Below, piece by piece: positions 25,664-39,071 of a DNA stretch of 64,000 bases (its first letter is position 1; every line of letters starts with the position of its first letter). Below the pieces are notes generated by a model that saw only the letters and a program-made list of their open reading frames with translations, was not told the origin of the DNA and did no database searches. Origin of the DNA: Chrysomallon squamiferum (taxonomy: Eukaryota > Animalia > Mollusca); NCBI GenBank assembly GCA_012295275.1, contig CM022677.1, forward strand, positions 13,826,001 to 13,890,000. Direction: 5' to 3'. Position numbers and translations under genes: made by a program.

Positions 25664-26237
25664 GGACTGGCTGCTGCTTTAAGGGTGAGAGGAAGTTTCA
25701 CAACTTAAACAGTTTACTGTGTTCACATGAAAAGTGTAATAGTAAATATTGGTGAAAGTGGTAGTAGTAGTTGTTAATAAACAATTACATTAGTTGTTAT
25801 AACAACATCAACAGTATCTGCATTAACATAATCCATCTATCTCTTTATATGTGTATGTATATGTGTGTGTTTCTGTGTGTGTTGTGTTGTGTTGTGTGTT
25901 AATGTATATGCGAAATTGTGTGTTGTGCAGATATGTGTGTTCCTACATGGATATCTGTATAATCTTTAACAATATATGTGTCTCTTCCTCTAAGTGTGTA
26001 TATAAAATTTTAATATTAGTTTAATTTCATTAATATTATTTATTTTTATTAACAGAAGCCAGGGTCTGTGTTATTTTCTGTATGTGTCAGTCAGTATAAT
26101 ATGAGTGACGGTCTAAAGATTTGTGTACTGCAGTCACAGAAAATTCTTCTCTCACTGAACTTAATATCAGCAGCAATCAGGTGGGTGTGTCAGTAACTAG
26201 TCAATCAGTTCTCAGTAATTGCAGCTACTCAGATAAT

Positions 26238-26273
<36 letters not shown>

Positions 26274-26803
26274 AGCATTAGAGATAATTGCTACTCAGGT
26301 AATAGTGTGAATCTGTGTGAGTGTGAGTGTGAATGTGAGTGTATCAGCAATAGTGATAATTCCTAATCAGATAATAGTGTGTTTATGTGTGTGAGTGTGT
26401 GTGTCTGTTTGTGTGTGTGAGTGTATCAGCAACAGTGATAATTACTACTGCTCAGATAATAGTGTGTGTGTGTGTGTGTGGTAAGAAATATTTGGTTATC
26501 AGTTTATATGTTTAAATGCTTTGTACAAAATACTCAGGCCTGTTTTATTTAAATTTAAGATTGAAACTGATGGTGCCCTTAGTCTTTGTTTATACTATCA
26601 AGGGACAAAACTCTGAATTAAAGAGCTTGAATATTGGTGGAAACTCATTAGGTAATAAATTGTATTTTCCATAGTTAGTTCTTAATAAAAAATAAGATTT
26701 AAAATATTAAGAAGTAATTTCAATACCCATCCCCAGCACGATTTGTAGACGTAAGAGATTATTGTAAAGATAAATAACTAAAATATAAACAATAAAAATA
26801 AAT

Positions 26804-26885
26804 ACAGTGGACACTGTCAAAACCGGATGATTCATTGAGACCAACGTGATATACCGTTTTAGACAGAGTGCAGATTTCTAAAGAC
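26804..26885. mobile_element. Possible truncated pogo-like MITE end
   Basis: TA|cagtggacactgtcaaaaccgg ... ccgttttagacag. Only one end is visible. Confidence 0.3.
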
Positions 26886-26999
26886 TAAAATAACATAAAA
26901 GTGGAATATTTTTGTATTACAAATGTTAATGGTCTATCAGTTTTATTTTTTTTTTCTTTCTCTATCATGACCTCCAAGTTTAACATTAACTGCAAAAGC

Positions 27000-27943
27000 T
27001 GCTTTTGATAACAACTGATTTCAGATGTTTCTAAATGTGGCATAGAAACTGTTTTAATGTCTTCAATTTCAGCATCACTGATAAAATCATGATAGAGAAC
27101 AATTTTCGGTGAGAAATGCAGAATCTCTTCTTTATCAGGCTTAACAATTAAAAGCGGATTTTTGTTGTTGTAATGATAGCGACATTTCAAACGATGTCGC
27201 TGTCGTACTTTAATAACGTCTTCACCACGACAGAGAGCATCGAAAGTTGTTTTTTCTTTAACTCTGGCATTTTTTCTCTTTTCTTTCCTAAGCTTTGATA
27301 TACTTGAATACTTTTTTCTTCTGTTCGGAACACGTTCTAGTCCACGAGCTAACATTAACTGTTCATTTGTCAAATCTAAAACGTGTTCTATCTGTCCCGA
27401 TTATTCTCTACCGTGTATGTCAAAGTCATGAAGTTCTAACCGAGATACGTTCTGAAATTTTTCTGTTCTTACTTTTTCGAGACTTATCGTCATCCAGATA
27501 TGCACATATTTGTATTTTTCATTTTGTATGCAAGGCGACTTAATTGATAACAGTCTTCTGCTGATAATCTCTGTATATATCGTTCATATATAAAACCGTC
27601 TGCTAATCTTGTCGCTAATTTGTACGTGTCTTGAAGTCGAAACAGAGCTGCAGCGGCCCCTTATAAATCTTCGTAACTTGGAAGATGTTCACGAATTTCT
27701 TATATTAATAATTTGTTTATGTCAGAATAAAATAACATACAGACAAAAAAGAAAACAAAAACACTCCTCGAGAAAACAAATAAAATAACAGATTAAAATG
27801 TGCATTACAGCTGTCATTTAGAAGTGGCGCACTTCTTAAGTTATGAAGATTTTGAAGTGTTGTCTGCAGTTGTTCTGTTTCTTCTTCAAAAAACATACAA
27901 ATTAGATGTCGCTACTTCTTAATCGTTTATGCAAACTCGCCAT
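27000..27943 (-). pseudogene. P4HA: Prolyl 4-hydroxylase alpha subunit pseudogene, intronless and 3'-truncated before the catalytic HxD core
   Basis: HLPSYEDL*GAAAALFRLQDTYKL (~27600-27690) and FDALCRGEDV...LKCRYHYNNKNPLLIVKPDKEEILHFSPKIVLYHDFISDAEIEDIK (ORF 26885-27373) match well-known P4HA segments. A stop and frameshifts are present. The extension to 27943 rests on weak N-terminal similarity. Confidence 0.88.
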
Positions 27944-28099
27944 GTTAAGACATTTTATGACATTTCTATTTTTTATTATGTTATTCCACATTTTTTATTT
28001 TTTTTATTTTATTTTATGAAGATGTTTGAATAAATGTCAGTTTTAATTGATACAAAATGATTTTATCCAGAATCATTACACTTTATTTCATTTCTATTC

Positions 28100-28830
28100 T
28101 TCGTGATATTAGCAGCATTAAGTAAATAAATACTGTACAGTCACGTGATATGAGCAGCATTAACTAAATAACTATTGTACAGTAACGTGATATTATCAGA
28201 GATAAGTAAATAAATACTGTGCAGTAAAGTGATATTAGGAGCGTTAAATAAATCAATACTGTATAGTAACGTGATAGTAGCAGTATTAAGTAAATAAATA
28301 CTGTAGACACGTGATATGAGCAGCATTAACTAAATAACTATTGTACAGTAACGTGATATTATCAGAGGTAAGTAAATAAATACTGTGCAGTAAAGTGATA
28401 TTAGCAGTAGTTAAAAAAGAACTGTACAGTAACGTGATATTAGGAGCGTTAAATAAATCAATACTGTACAGTAACGCGATACTAGCGGTATTAAGTAAAT
28501 AAATACAGTACAGTAAGGTGACATTATCAGTATTATGTAAATAAATACTGTACTGTAACGTGACATTAGCAGTGTTAAGTAAATAAATACTGTACAGTAA
28601 CGTTATATTAGCAGTATTAAGTAAATAAATACTGTACATGAACATGATATTTGCAGCGTTAACTAAATAAACACTGTATAGTAACGTGATAGTAGCAGTA
28701 TTAAGTAAATAAATACTGAACCGTAACGTAATAGTAGCAGAAATTAAGCAAAATAAATATGTACAGTAAATAAAAACTGTGACGTGATATTAGTAGTATT
28801 AAGTAAAAGAAATACTGTACAGTGACGTGT
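28100..28830. repeat. 42-bp minisatellite (aaataaatactgtacagtaacgtgatattagcagtattaagt); mirrored at ~54725-55200
   Basis: Period 42 (e.g. 28581 to 28623). Produces the 14-aa periodic spurious ORFs. Confidence 0.9.
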
Positions 28831-29299
28831 GATATTTGGACGTTTTAACCAAGACGTTAATACTGGAACGACGGCGACATTAATACTAGAAATCACAATA
28901 ATGTATTTGAAAGAGGTGATTCACCAATGACGCTAAAGGAGACATTACTTTTAATCGGTGCATTAATATAAATAAGAAGAAGAAAGAAAAAGTAGGGGGA
29001 AAAAAAAAATTAAAAACACCGTTTATTTGAAGTCAACGATTGGCTAATAATAAGATAAAAAAAAATATAAATAAATAAATAAAATAAATATATTTTAATA
29101 AAGGTTGTGATGTTCCTTTATTTTATTTTATTTGTTTTGAACATTATTTTAATTTTGTTTTTATTTTTTTTTTTTTTTTTTTTGGGGGGATTGTATATGC
29201 AGAAAAATGCGGGATGATTGTCGGTCTTTACGGATTTACTTTTTTTATTTAATGTTCGAAGAATTTTCTACAGAATTGGTGTAATCGCATTTAAAAAGT

Positions 29300-31293
29300 T
29301 GTTTAAAGTATTTCATTTTGTGAAGGAGACAGGTATTACTATTTATTATTATAAATATTAATGTGTTTGGATTTTTTTCGTTTTATTTAATTATAATTTA
29401 AAAGTCATAGACAACTGATGGCAGCCATATTATTTGAGAACAATATTTATTTATTTATTTATTTATAATTTTTTCAAATAACGACACTCGATTAATAATA
29501 ACATTCACCAGTGGTTGTACTAATGTGAACAACATAAACAACGTCATGATGTATCAGCAAATTTTGAGTGGCCAGTAATTAAATTTGTTTTAAAATAAAT
29601 TGACTTGTGTAGCACACACCAAAGGAAACACCACACAACAAGTCACAGAGAATTTAAAATTATTATTATTATTATTGTTATTGTTATTATTTTTATTTTT
29701 TTAATTTTTTTTTTTTTTTTTTTTATTATTATTATTTTTTTTTTTGTTGTTGTTGAAATAAACTAATAAAACTATTAAAAGAAAATATGCTAATTTTGTT
29801 TGACAGGTTGTTTTCAGTCAGTTTATTTATGATTTATTATTTTTAAAGATTTAGGTTAAATTGCTGACTTGCTCTATAATTATTAAACATATTAAACTTT
29901 ATAATGGGTGGGTCCCTAAATGCTTTCATATTATTTAAGCTAAATACCTGTATCGCTCTATGTTAACACTAAAAATAAATAAAGATGAATACAAATTTAA
30001 GAAATACATGACCAGGTTATTTTATATGTAGATGATGCTATAAAATATTAATAAAATTATTTATAAAAAAAAAATATTTAACACACAAATAAACACTCAA
30101 ATAATTTGTTATCCTGTTTTGTTTCTCTTCTTTTCTTAATGGTCAATTTTTAATAAATGTATTTACACTTTGTTTTGTTTTGTTGTAATTCCTTCTTTTT
30201 CATCTTCTTCTTCTCTTATTATTATTACTACTTTTTATTATTATTATTATGTTTTATTTTTATTATTATTATTTTTGTGATCTTTATTATTATTATCCAT
30301 TTTATTTTTCATTACTAATATTTTTTATTTTTTATGTTTTCTAGGTCATGTGGAGAAAATGTTCCAAATTAATTTAAAGAATGGTTCTGTAAAAAATCAG
30401 ATGTGAGTGAAATATTTTATAAATTTCTCATCCAGCTACACAATCATTGATCAGTATCATACTGTAGAGTGCAAGTGCTGCTGAAATACTATAATATGAT
30501 ATACCGATGGTTTACATGTATCAACAGGAACAAGAAGAAAAGGGCAGAGCACCATTGAAGTCTGCTTTTTTGTGAAATCAAGCTGATGCTGGTAAAAACA
30601 CTTCATCTGCTACGCTGCGAAACAAAAAGCTAGGCAGACGACTGCGATGGCAAAAATAACACAAGAAAGTTGAGCAGCAGGTAACATCTGAGCTTGCTGC
30701 TCTGAGAATGAAGCTGGATGAGAAGATAAAGAAAAGAGAGAGAAGAAAACAAAGGCTGTAGCTGCAGCAGAACAAGATGAGACTCGGGAAGGCAGCGTTC
30801 ATGAGAGTGATGTCTCACCACATTGACAGTTCGAAGGACTGAGCTAGTCCTGTACCTGATTCAGACAACACAATTCCAAGTTGCAAGTTTTTTATCTTAT
30901 TTTTATTTCTTAGCAAATAAAATAAGTTTTATAGTAACAACTCTTTACTGATTGTAAATTAGCATAATAATAATCATTTGTTTTGTTAATTATTTAAATT
31001 ATTATCATTATTATCATTATCATTATAATGATTATACAAAGTATATCAAAAATATCCCACATCCCTTTGTGTCTGAATAATCCAGTAACTGATAACAGTA
31101 AAATTTAAATAATAACAGAAACATTAGTTATTTATTTTTAACAATTTATTATTTTTATTAGTTTATTTGTATTTTTATTTCCAGAATGCACATACAGCTC
31201 TAACTAATGTGCTGATGTTGGCTAGTGAAGTTGTTTCAGTACAAGGTGGTGTCCAGCACTGAGGATAAAGTTTGGTGCCACTGGAATTATTCT

Positions 31294-31366
<73 letters not shown>

Positions 31367-33020
31367 GTCTGTCTGTCTGTCTGTCTGATAGATACCAGAT
31401 ACATATAGACACACTAGAAAGATAAATAAATAAATTACTGTTGTACACAAGAAGAGCTAATTTAGTGAGTCACCACAGGGAGAGAAATGTCATCAAAGAA
31501 TATGGCAGAACAGGAGGATCTATAGAGGTTGTTGTTATAGTAGTAGTATTAGTCATTGCCTTGTTGTAGTAATGTAGTTGTTACAGCATTAATACTTGTA
31601 GCAGTATTAATAATAAACTACTTGTTGTACTAATGTTGTAAAATGTTTGTGTTGTTTTAGCTGATGTCCATAGCTGTGTAATAGTAATGTATCTTGTGAG
31701 ACTCATGGTGATTAAAAAACTGTTTGTAGTCAAATTACTGGTTGTAATGGTGGTAGTAGCAGTACTAATAGTAGTTGTTTTCAGAGAAATTGTTATGATA
31801 AATGTAATAAGAAGAGTTGTGTAATAGTTGTTTTAAAACAAGAGCCACTAATAATTATTTTATGGGAAATATTTATTTCACACAGACTTAGTTAAAATGA
31901 TAGAATTCTCTTTATTTTGTTCTCAGTAATTCACACCTATATCCAGATAAATAAAGTCAGTATTAAAACATTGTTAAAGTATAATTCATAATAATTTTTT
32001 TATTGTGCAAATTAATCAAATGCTCCTAGCCTGAAATAGGTAAAAAAAATAGTAATTTAAATAATGTACGTTAAGATTAGAATGATAAACTTGATGCTTA
32101 TTTTTATTTATTGTTATTTTAGTTTTCTTTTATTAATTTTTCTTTCTATATTTGTTTATTTATCTGCATTATTTTGTTCATTTATTCTTTTTCTTTTTTT
32201 ATCAGCTGGATGACTTCCTCATTCAGGATTCAAATCTGTTAACTTTAATAAACAGATTTGTAGGTGATAAAAGTTCAGTTCAGATCAAGATAACACTTCA
32301 GCATTTTAATTACTGCAGTTTTGTGTTAGAATAATATACATAACTAGCTGATGAACTGAATGACATTCACAGATAATGTTTATTTTTTAAGAATTTATTC
32401 AGCTGTAATTTAATGTTATAAAAATAAATATATCTTTTTTCTTAAATATAACAAAAAGATCTGAAGGTATAAAGGACTTTTTTATGGTTTGAATTAATTA
32501 TATCATCACATTTTAAAATGTTAAATATTTGTAATTAATTGGAATTCTCTTGATCTTTTGGGATTAAAAGATTATTATTGTGGATAAATTTATTGTTGTA
32601 GCCAGATTATTAACTTATAATTTTAATCAAATCTAAAATTAGATGTATAGAATCAGTTCTAAGTGTTCCAAAAAAGTAATGCAGCTTGTAATCAAAATGA
32701 CTGAATTCACATACCTAGTGAAGAGTGATATTAACAGTTTGTTATTAGAACTGAAAAGCTTTGGTATCTATTAGTAAACTAATAAATAACAGAACTTATC
32801 AATTAGTTATTTTTATAGGCTGGTGACAATGAATTCTTTTCAATTTACAGGTGGAAACTGTCAAGTCCATGTCAGATTTTGTATTTCTTTTAAACACTTG
32901 GTCAAAGACAGAGTTTTTCAGATCTCACTCTCTCCCTTACAGTACAAGGCAGGTCAGTGCTGAAGATTCAAAGGAGAATTCACAATTTTATGGATTTCAG
33001 CTTTGAGAAATATTAGTGGT
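29300..33020 (+). pseudogene. Spliced pseudogene of unknown family in the left arm (charged/coiled-coil-like exon)
   Basis: Exon-like blocks after polypyrimidine-ag: ~30345-30881 (..KVEQQVTSELAALRMKLDEKIKKRERRKQRL*..), ~31184-31290, ~32206-32330, ~32851-33018. Multiple stops. CCAAT (gattggcta) at ~29038. Confidence 0.45.
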
Positions 33021-33904
33021 ATTTGTATTATTATTATTATTACATTTTCATGTTATGTTTGTATTGCTTAACTTTAAAATATTTTGATCTAATCAGAGCA
33101 TTCTTGTTTACTATTGGAAAATCTTTCATAAAGAAATATTTTCACATATTTTTATGAATTTAATTATAAAAAACATTTTTTTTTTTTTTTTTTAAATTGA
33201 CCAGAATGTAAAATGTATAATGATACTTTTTTATAGATATATATTTTTTGTTTAAATTATTTGTGATTTATTATTAAAATCTATTACAATAAGAGAGACA
33301 TGATGTTTATTTATAATAATTTCTTTCTAACATTACAGACAATTAAACACAATGACAGTGCAAAAGCTATGTGTGTTTCTACATTACAAATTATAGAAGA
33401 AATGAAAATATGTGGAGCAATGATATTTACAGATAGACAACAAGCAGGTTCCAGCTTAATGTTATTTTCATAGACAATATTAGCAAGTTTAGAGCAACTA
33501 TAAGTGATTTAAAGGAAAGGAGAGACGACTGACAGAGATATAAGACTGACTGTCTGATGGGAGGTTAACAGGTAAACAGATACACAGGAAGAAAGAGAGA
33601 GATGTAGATAGACTGATAGACAGTTAGATCAGTAGAAGTTAACAAATGAATTGATAGATGTAGATGAATTTAGCCAGATAGTTAAACATGTCAGTGTCTG
33701 TCTATCTATTCTGTGTTTTCTTCTTTCTGTCATGTGTGTTTGTGTGCTGGGCTGAGAGTGTAGCCATACAGTAAAATACATAGGTTGTAATGTAGCTATC
33801 TAGACATAGTTAGTTATGTATGTAGGTAGTTTGACAGGGAATTAGATATATGATTGATGGATGGTTATTGATCTGTCATAATGTGGATAGATAAACAAAT
33901 AGGT

Positions 33905-34150
33905 ATGTAGGTCAGTAGTTCAGTAGGTTGATATGTAGATATATGTAGATAGTTATCTAACAGACAGCAGACACACAGAGGGACAGATAGGTATATAGGT
34001 CAGTAGTTCAGTAGGTTGATATGTAGATATATGTAGATAGTTATCTAACAGACAGCAGACACACAGAGGGACAGATAGGTAGGTAGGTAGGTCAGTAGTT
34101 CAGTAGGTTGATATGTAGATATATGTAGATAGTTATGTAGCAGACAGACA
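33905..34150. repeat. ~87-bp tandem repeat (~3 copies; ~5 copies in the mirror at ~48340-48745)
   Basis: ggtcagtagttcagtaggttgatatgtagatatatgtagatagttat is repeated. Confidence 0.8.
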
Positions 34151-34839
34151 GACAGGTGTATGCAGGTATGATGGTAATGTGGAAGACTGAATATATATAT
34201 ATATATAGCTACAGGTGAAGGTATGTCAGCTGGAGCAGAGAATAGTATATAGAAGGAAAAGTCACTTGTCTTTTTTGAAGAGTGAATATATTGAGTAAAT
34301 ATGTGTGCAAACATACAGAACTATAGGGAGGTTTGAAGGTATGTAGACAAGAAGATGTTTAAATGACTGATAGATGTTATTGATATATAAACTGTTAGGT
34401 AGGTTGATTATGTAGATAGAATGAGAAATTGTGTACATAGATATACATATAGAGATACATATAGATAGGTGACATAGAAAGTGCGTGTGTGTGTGATTGA
34501 TAAGGATCGCTAAATAAGGGAATTGTGAATGAGAGTTATAAATGGACAGTAACACAGAAAGATAGATATAAAACGTAGTTATAATAATTTAGGGAGATAG
34601 TCAGGAAGATGAATATCTCATTCAAGGGATTGTTATTGATGGATAGAGAAATATATATAGGGAGGCATTTCCTTAGAGTTCGATGGATGGACAAATAGAT
34701 AGGTGCAAGCATATATGATGGTAAAGTGGATATGATCATGTATATGTACATAGATAAATACACACAGAGGCAGACAGAAAACAGAAAGGATTGGATCTGT
34801 GTTTGAGTTAGTGATGAACTGATAACTTAGAGGTAGATA

Positions 34840-36410
34840 TCCAGAGATAAATACAGATAGATTATATATATATATATATAGATAAATAGAAATAAATACA
34901 GATAGATTATATTTATATATATATATAGAAATAAATGCAGATAGATTATGTAGATAGATATACAGAGATAAATACAGATTGATTATATAGACAGAAATAC
35001 AGAAATAAATACAGATAGATTATATATATACAGAAATACAGAAATAAATACAGGTAGATTATATTTATAGATACATAGAAATAAATACAAATAGATTATA
35101 TAGACAGATATACAGAGATAAATACAGATTGATTATATAGACAGATATACAGAGATAAATACAGGTAGATTATATAGACAGATATACAGAGATAAATACA
35201 GATTGATTATATAGACAGATATACAGAGATAAATACAGATTGATTATATAGACAGATATACAGAGATAAATACAGATAGATTATATAGACAGATATACAG
35301 AGATAAATACAGGTAGATTATACAGACAGATACACAGAGATAAATACAGGTAGATTATACAGACAGATATACAGAGATAAATACAGGTAGATTATACAGA
35401 CAGATATACAGAGATAAATACAGATAGATTATATAGACATACAGAGATAAATACAGATTGATTATATAGACAGATATACAGAGATAAATACAGATTGATT
35501 ATATAGACAGATATACAGAGATAAATACAGATAGATTATACAGACAGATATACAGAGATAAATACAGATAGATTATACAGACAGATATACAGAGATAAAT
35601 ACAGATAGATTATATAGACAGATACACAGAGATAAATACAGATAGATTATATAGACAGATACACAGAGATAAATACAGGTAGATTATATAGACAGATACA
35701 CAGATAAATACAGATAGATTATATAGACAGATACACAGATAAATACAGATAGATTATATAGACAGATACACAGAGATAAATACAGATAGATTATATAGAC
35801 AGATACACAGAGATAAATACAGGTAGATAATATAGACAGATACACAGAGATAAATACAGATAGATTATACAGACAGATACACAGAGATAAATACAGGTAG
35901 ATTATATAGACGGATACACATAGATAAATAGATAGATTATACAGACAGATATACAGAGATAAATACAGATTGATTATATAGACAGAAATACAGAAATAAA
36001 TACAGATAGATTATATATATACAGAAATACAGAAATAAATACAGGTAGATTATATTTATAGATACATAGAAATAAATACAAATAGATTATACAGACAGAT
36101 ATACAGAGATAAATACAGGTAGATTATATAGACAGATATACAGAGATAAATACAGATTGATTATATAGACAGATATACAGAGATAAATACAGGTAGATTA
36201 TATAGACAGATATACAGAGATAAATACAGGTAGATTATATAGACAGATATACAGAGATAAATACAGGTAGATTATACAGACGGATACACAGAGATAAATA
36301 CAGGTAGATTATACAGACAGATATACAGAGATAAATACAGGTAGATTATACAGACAGATATACAGAGATAAATACAGGTAGATTATATAGATAAAAGATA
36401 TAAATACAGA
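34840..36410. repeat. 37-bp minisatellite (cagagataaatacagatagattatatagacagatata), ~1.55 kb
   Basis: Period 37 (35113 to 35150). The mirror array at ~47070-47620 is much shorter. Confidence 0.92.
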
Positions 36411-36888
36411 AAGATGTAACTATTTATCTCTGTATAAATACACACACAGAAATAAATACAGATAGATTACATAGACATTCAGCAAGATAGCGAGGTTTGA
36501 AGTAGTACATAGTTAGATATTCAGGGAGCTGGACATATTATTGATACATGGTTATTGAAAAATAGACGTATAAGCTAGAGAGATAAACTGATAGGTAGGT
36601 ATGTTACTAGTTTGGTAGATTGATTTGTAGACAGACTGACAGACATATAGATAGACGTGTGTTAAGAAATGGGTATGTGTATATATATATATATATATAG
36701 ATGTATACACACACACACATAATGTGTATAGTAATGATAATTTATTTGTGTGTTTAAAGATGATTAGGATATATGTGTGTGTGTGTGTGTGCGCATGTGT
36801 AAAAAAAGGGTGGATAGAGAGGTAAATTGATAGACAGAAGAAAGCTAGATAGATGCAAGGAGGCATGAGTATATACTGCATCCTGTAA

Positions 36889-37088
36889 NNNNNNNNNNNN
36901 NNNNNNNNNNNNNNNNNNNNNNNNNNNNNNNNNNNNNNNNNNNNNNNNNNNNNNNNNNNNNNNNNNNNNNNNNNNNNNNNNNNNNNNNNNNNNNNNNNNN
37001 NNNNNNNNNNNNNNNNNNNNNNNNNNNNNNNNNNNNNNNNNNNNNNNNNNNNNNNNNNNNNNNNNNNNNNNNNNNNNNNNNNNNNNNN
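36889..37088. other. Assembly gap (200 N)
   Basis: Run of exactly 200 N. Confidence 1.
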
Positions 37089-38157
37089 GAACAATGATAT
37101 TTTACAGTTTAGGATTAAGTATGTTGAGAAAGGTTAATATCATATTTTATTAATTATCGTATATTTATATCAGGTTATATTGAAAAATATCTGAGTTAAT
37201 TCCCTGGAATCACGACAGTTTGTACTGATTAGATGAGAAAAAGAAGGTGAACCTGTCATTTTATTATGCGAAGTTTATTTTTTTCATTACATTCATTACA
37301 AGGTGTACATCAGCGCAAGTTGTATAGTGTAATATATTTTACATTTCTTATTATACCTTATTATTATTAGATATTAAAATAACCACTCCACCAGTAAGTA
37401 TCAATGAGTCAGTGAAGCAGACACCATATTTGTCACAGGTCCTGCCTTTGTCAACAGCTAAATAACAACAACAACAACAATAATAACACCTTAATATTTT
37501 TATTTTTTATTTTGTTTTTATTTTTCTGTAAAAACAGAAGGTTCCTATATATGTTTGACGCTATTCTCTTAGTTTCATTAGAACTGTTCTGAGTGCGGAT
37601 ATAAAAATTACTTCTAATTTTTTATTAGGCCTCGTAAAGTTATCAGAGAAATCAGATTTATTCTTAGTGTATTGTTTCTGTCGAGATAACAAATAAATAC
37701 TTCTTTTTTAAAAAAGTATATAATAATGATAATAATGATTTATTTATAATGTAATTACATGAGAAATCGTGAACTTTTCGTAAAGCCACAGTTAACTAAA
37801 AATTTATCGCTGTTTACACTGATAATGTTACCCATCGATAACAAAATAAGACACAAGTTTTTAAACGTCTGTATTAGTTTTATGAGCAATTAAAATTACA
37901 TTAATTAGAGATTATCAGTTATATTATTGAATAAACATGGAATTTCATTCTAGATTAACTTACTTTAAAAAAAATCTGATATATTCTTAATTACATAATT
38001 TGATAAATTTGAATTTTAGATTAATCATGTAATTTCATGTAGGGAGAGATGTAAATTGTGTCGCGGAATGTCATGTTACTGCTGTCATAAAACAAAGTAT
38101 CACACTGTGACACTGAAAGGTGCACAGATAATTTTCAGTAATATCAATACAATAGTA

Positions 38158-39071
38158 CAGTGGTTCTCAACTTTTGTTTTGTCAGTGGCACACCTTAGAA
38201 CACATGAAAAAATAGCGGCACACCTGGCTAAATATATATGAAAAATATTTGAATTTTGTAAAGTCATAGACGGCATACAACCATAGACCCAGCCTAGTCA
38301 TAGACACCTAGACTGACTCAAACTAAATAAAGAAAAACACAGCTATACTTTATTGCAGTGTTTTGTCCAATTTCGTCAGTCAAATAGCTGGCTTCTTTAG
38401 TGAGAAATTTGTGTGGCTTTTTTCATAATTTCCTCAATGTTTGGTCGAATATGAGACTTCATGTTTTTCGTTGTAGTAATCTCTCGTGCTTCATGTTTTT
38501 GATGTTGCCTAATTCACATATATAAGGAGTTGAAAATTGTAATAAAATTGCTAAAACTCTTTTACATAATATGGGATACACCTCTTGTATTGAAATCCAA
38601 AATGAATCAATGGGCAGAGTCGAATGTTTTAATTTTAAGGTCATTAGAAAGGGCGGCCAATTCTTCTTCTTCCTGTAACTCAAGTTCAATGTTGGAAGAA
38701 TGATTTATGAAAGGATCTCTAATCCAATCATACTTTTCTGTCTTTAATGACGGAAATTTATTGTTGATGCTTTCGTCCAGGGCTGTCAGATGAGTAAACA
38801 CAATAGGGATCACTTCTCTAATGCAGGTAGAACGCAATAAAGGGAAAATATAAAAGTTGACAGTGATTGCTCTTTTTTTTCCCAAATCACTATTTTCTTT
38901 TTGAGGGCAACTAACTTGTCTGTTGAAGTGAGAATATTTTCGTTTTTACCTTGCATTCTACTGTTTGTTTTATTTTGGGATCACGTGGTTTTTCGCATTT
39001 TCTTAGTGTGCCGTTCAAAATTTTGCGGCACACATAGGAAGATCTCGTGGCACACTGGTTGAGAATCACTG
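38158..39071 (-). mobile_element. Internally deleted hAT transposon (Buster/Charlie, ZBED5/8-like transposase C-terminus)
   Basis: TIRs cagtggttctcaac / gttgagaatcactg with subterminal gcggcacac motifs. Minus-strand remnants YDWIRDPF..LELQEEEELAALSND and FWISIQEVYPILCKRVLAILLQFSTPYICELG (hAT dimerization region). The 8-bp TSD is not recognisable. Confidence 0.9.

Larger units (their letters stand above)
22898..26651 (+). pseudogene. Spliced RI-like/NLRC3-type leucine-rich repeat gene (copy B), disabled
   Basis: Exon-like blocks: 22898-23056 (Pro-rich); 23935-24060 (LSGNSFGHQDFRAVCLAMCSNTTVIFLSLTTN; donor reads atgagt); ~24666-24776 (CLDVSSNSLGNDYFSHCASPALKENTTLKTLS); 25163-25684 (array exon ending KTALTKGLAAALR|gtgag); 26056-26180 (AVTENSSLTELNISSNQ|gtgggt); 26560-26651 (NSELKSLNIGGNSL|gtaat). 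Frameshifts and a mutated donor are present. Confidence 0.8.
27173..36888 (+). repeat. Left arm of a ~10-kb inverted segmental duplication (runs into the gap)
   Basis: Near-continuous reverse-complement match to 46573-57078. Mirrored ORFs include 30630-30821(-) vs 52591-52827(+) and 34536-34763(-) vs 47696-47923(+). Confidence 0.95.

Noticed and set aside
28141-28645. 14-aa periodic Leu-rich ORFs resembling a repeat protein
   Set aside because: Translation of the 42-bp minisatellite. No splice or start context, and the mirror copy is not kept open.
36552-37094. 180-aa ORF
   Set aside because: Spans the N gap and microsatellites.
38459-38885. Domesticated ZBED5/ZBED8-type host gene
   Set aside because: Only a frameshifted C-terminal fragment, enclosed by TIRs.
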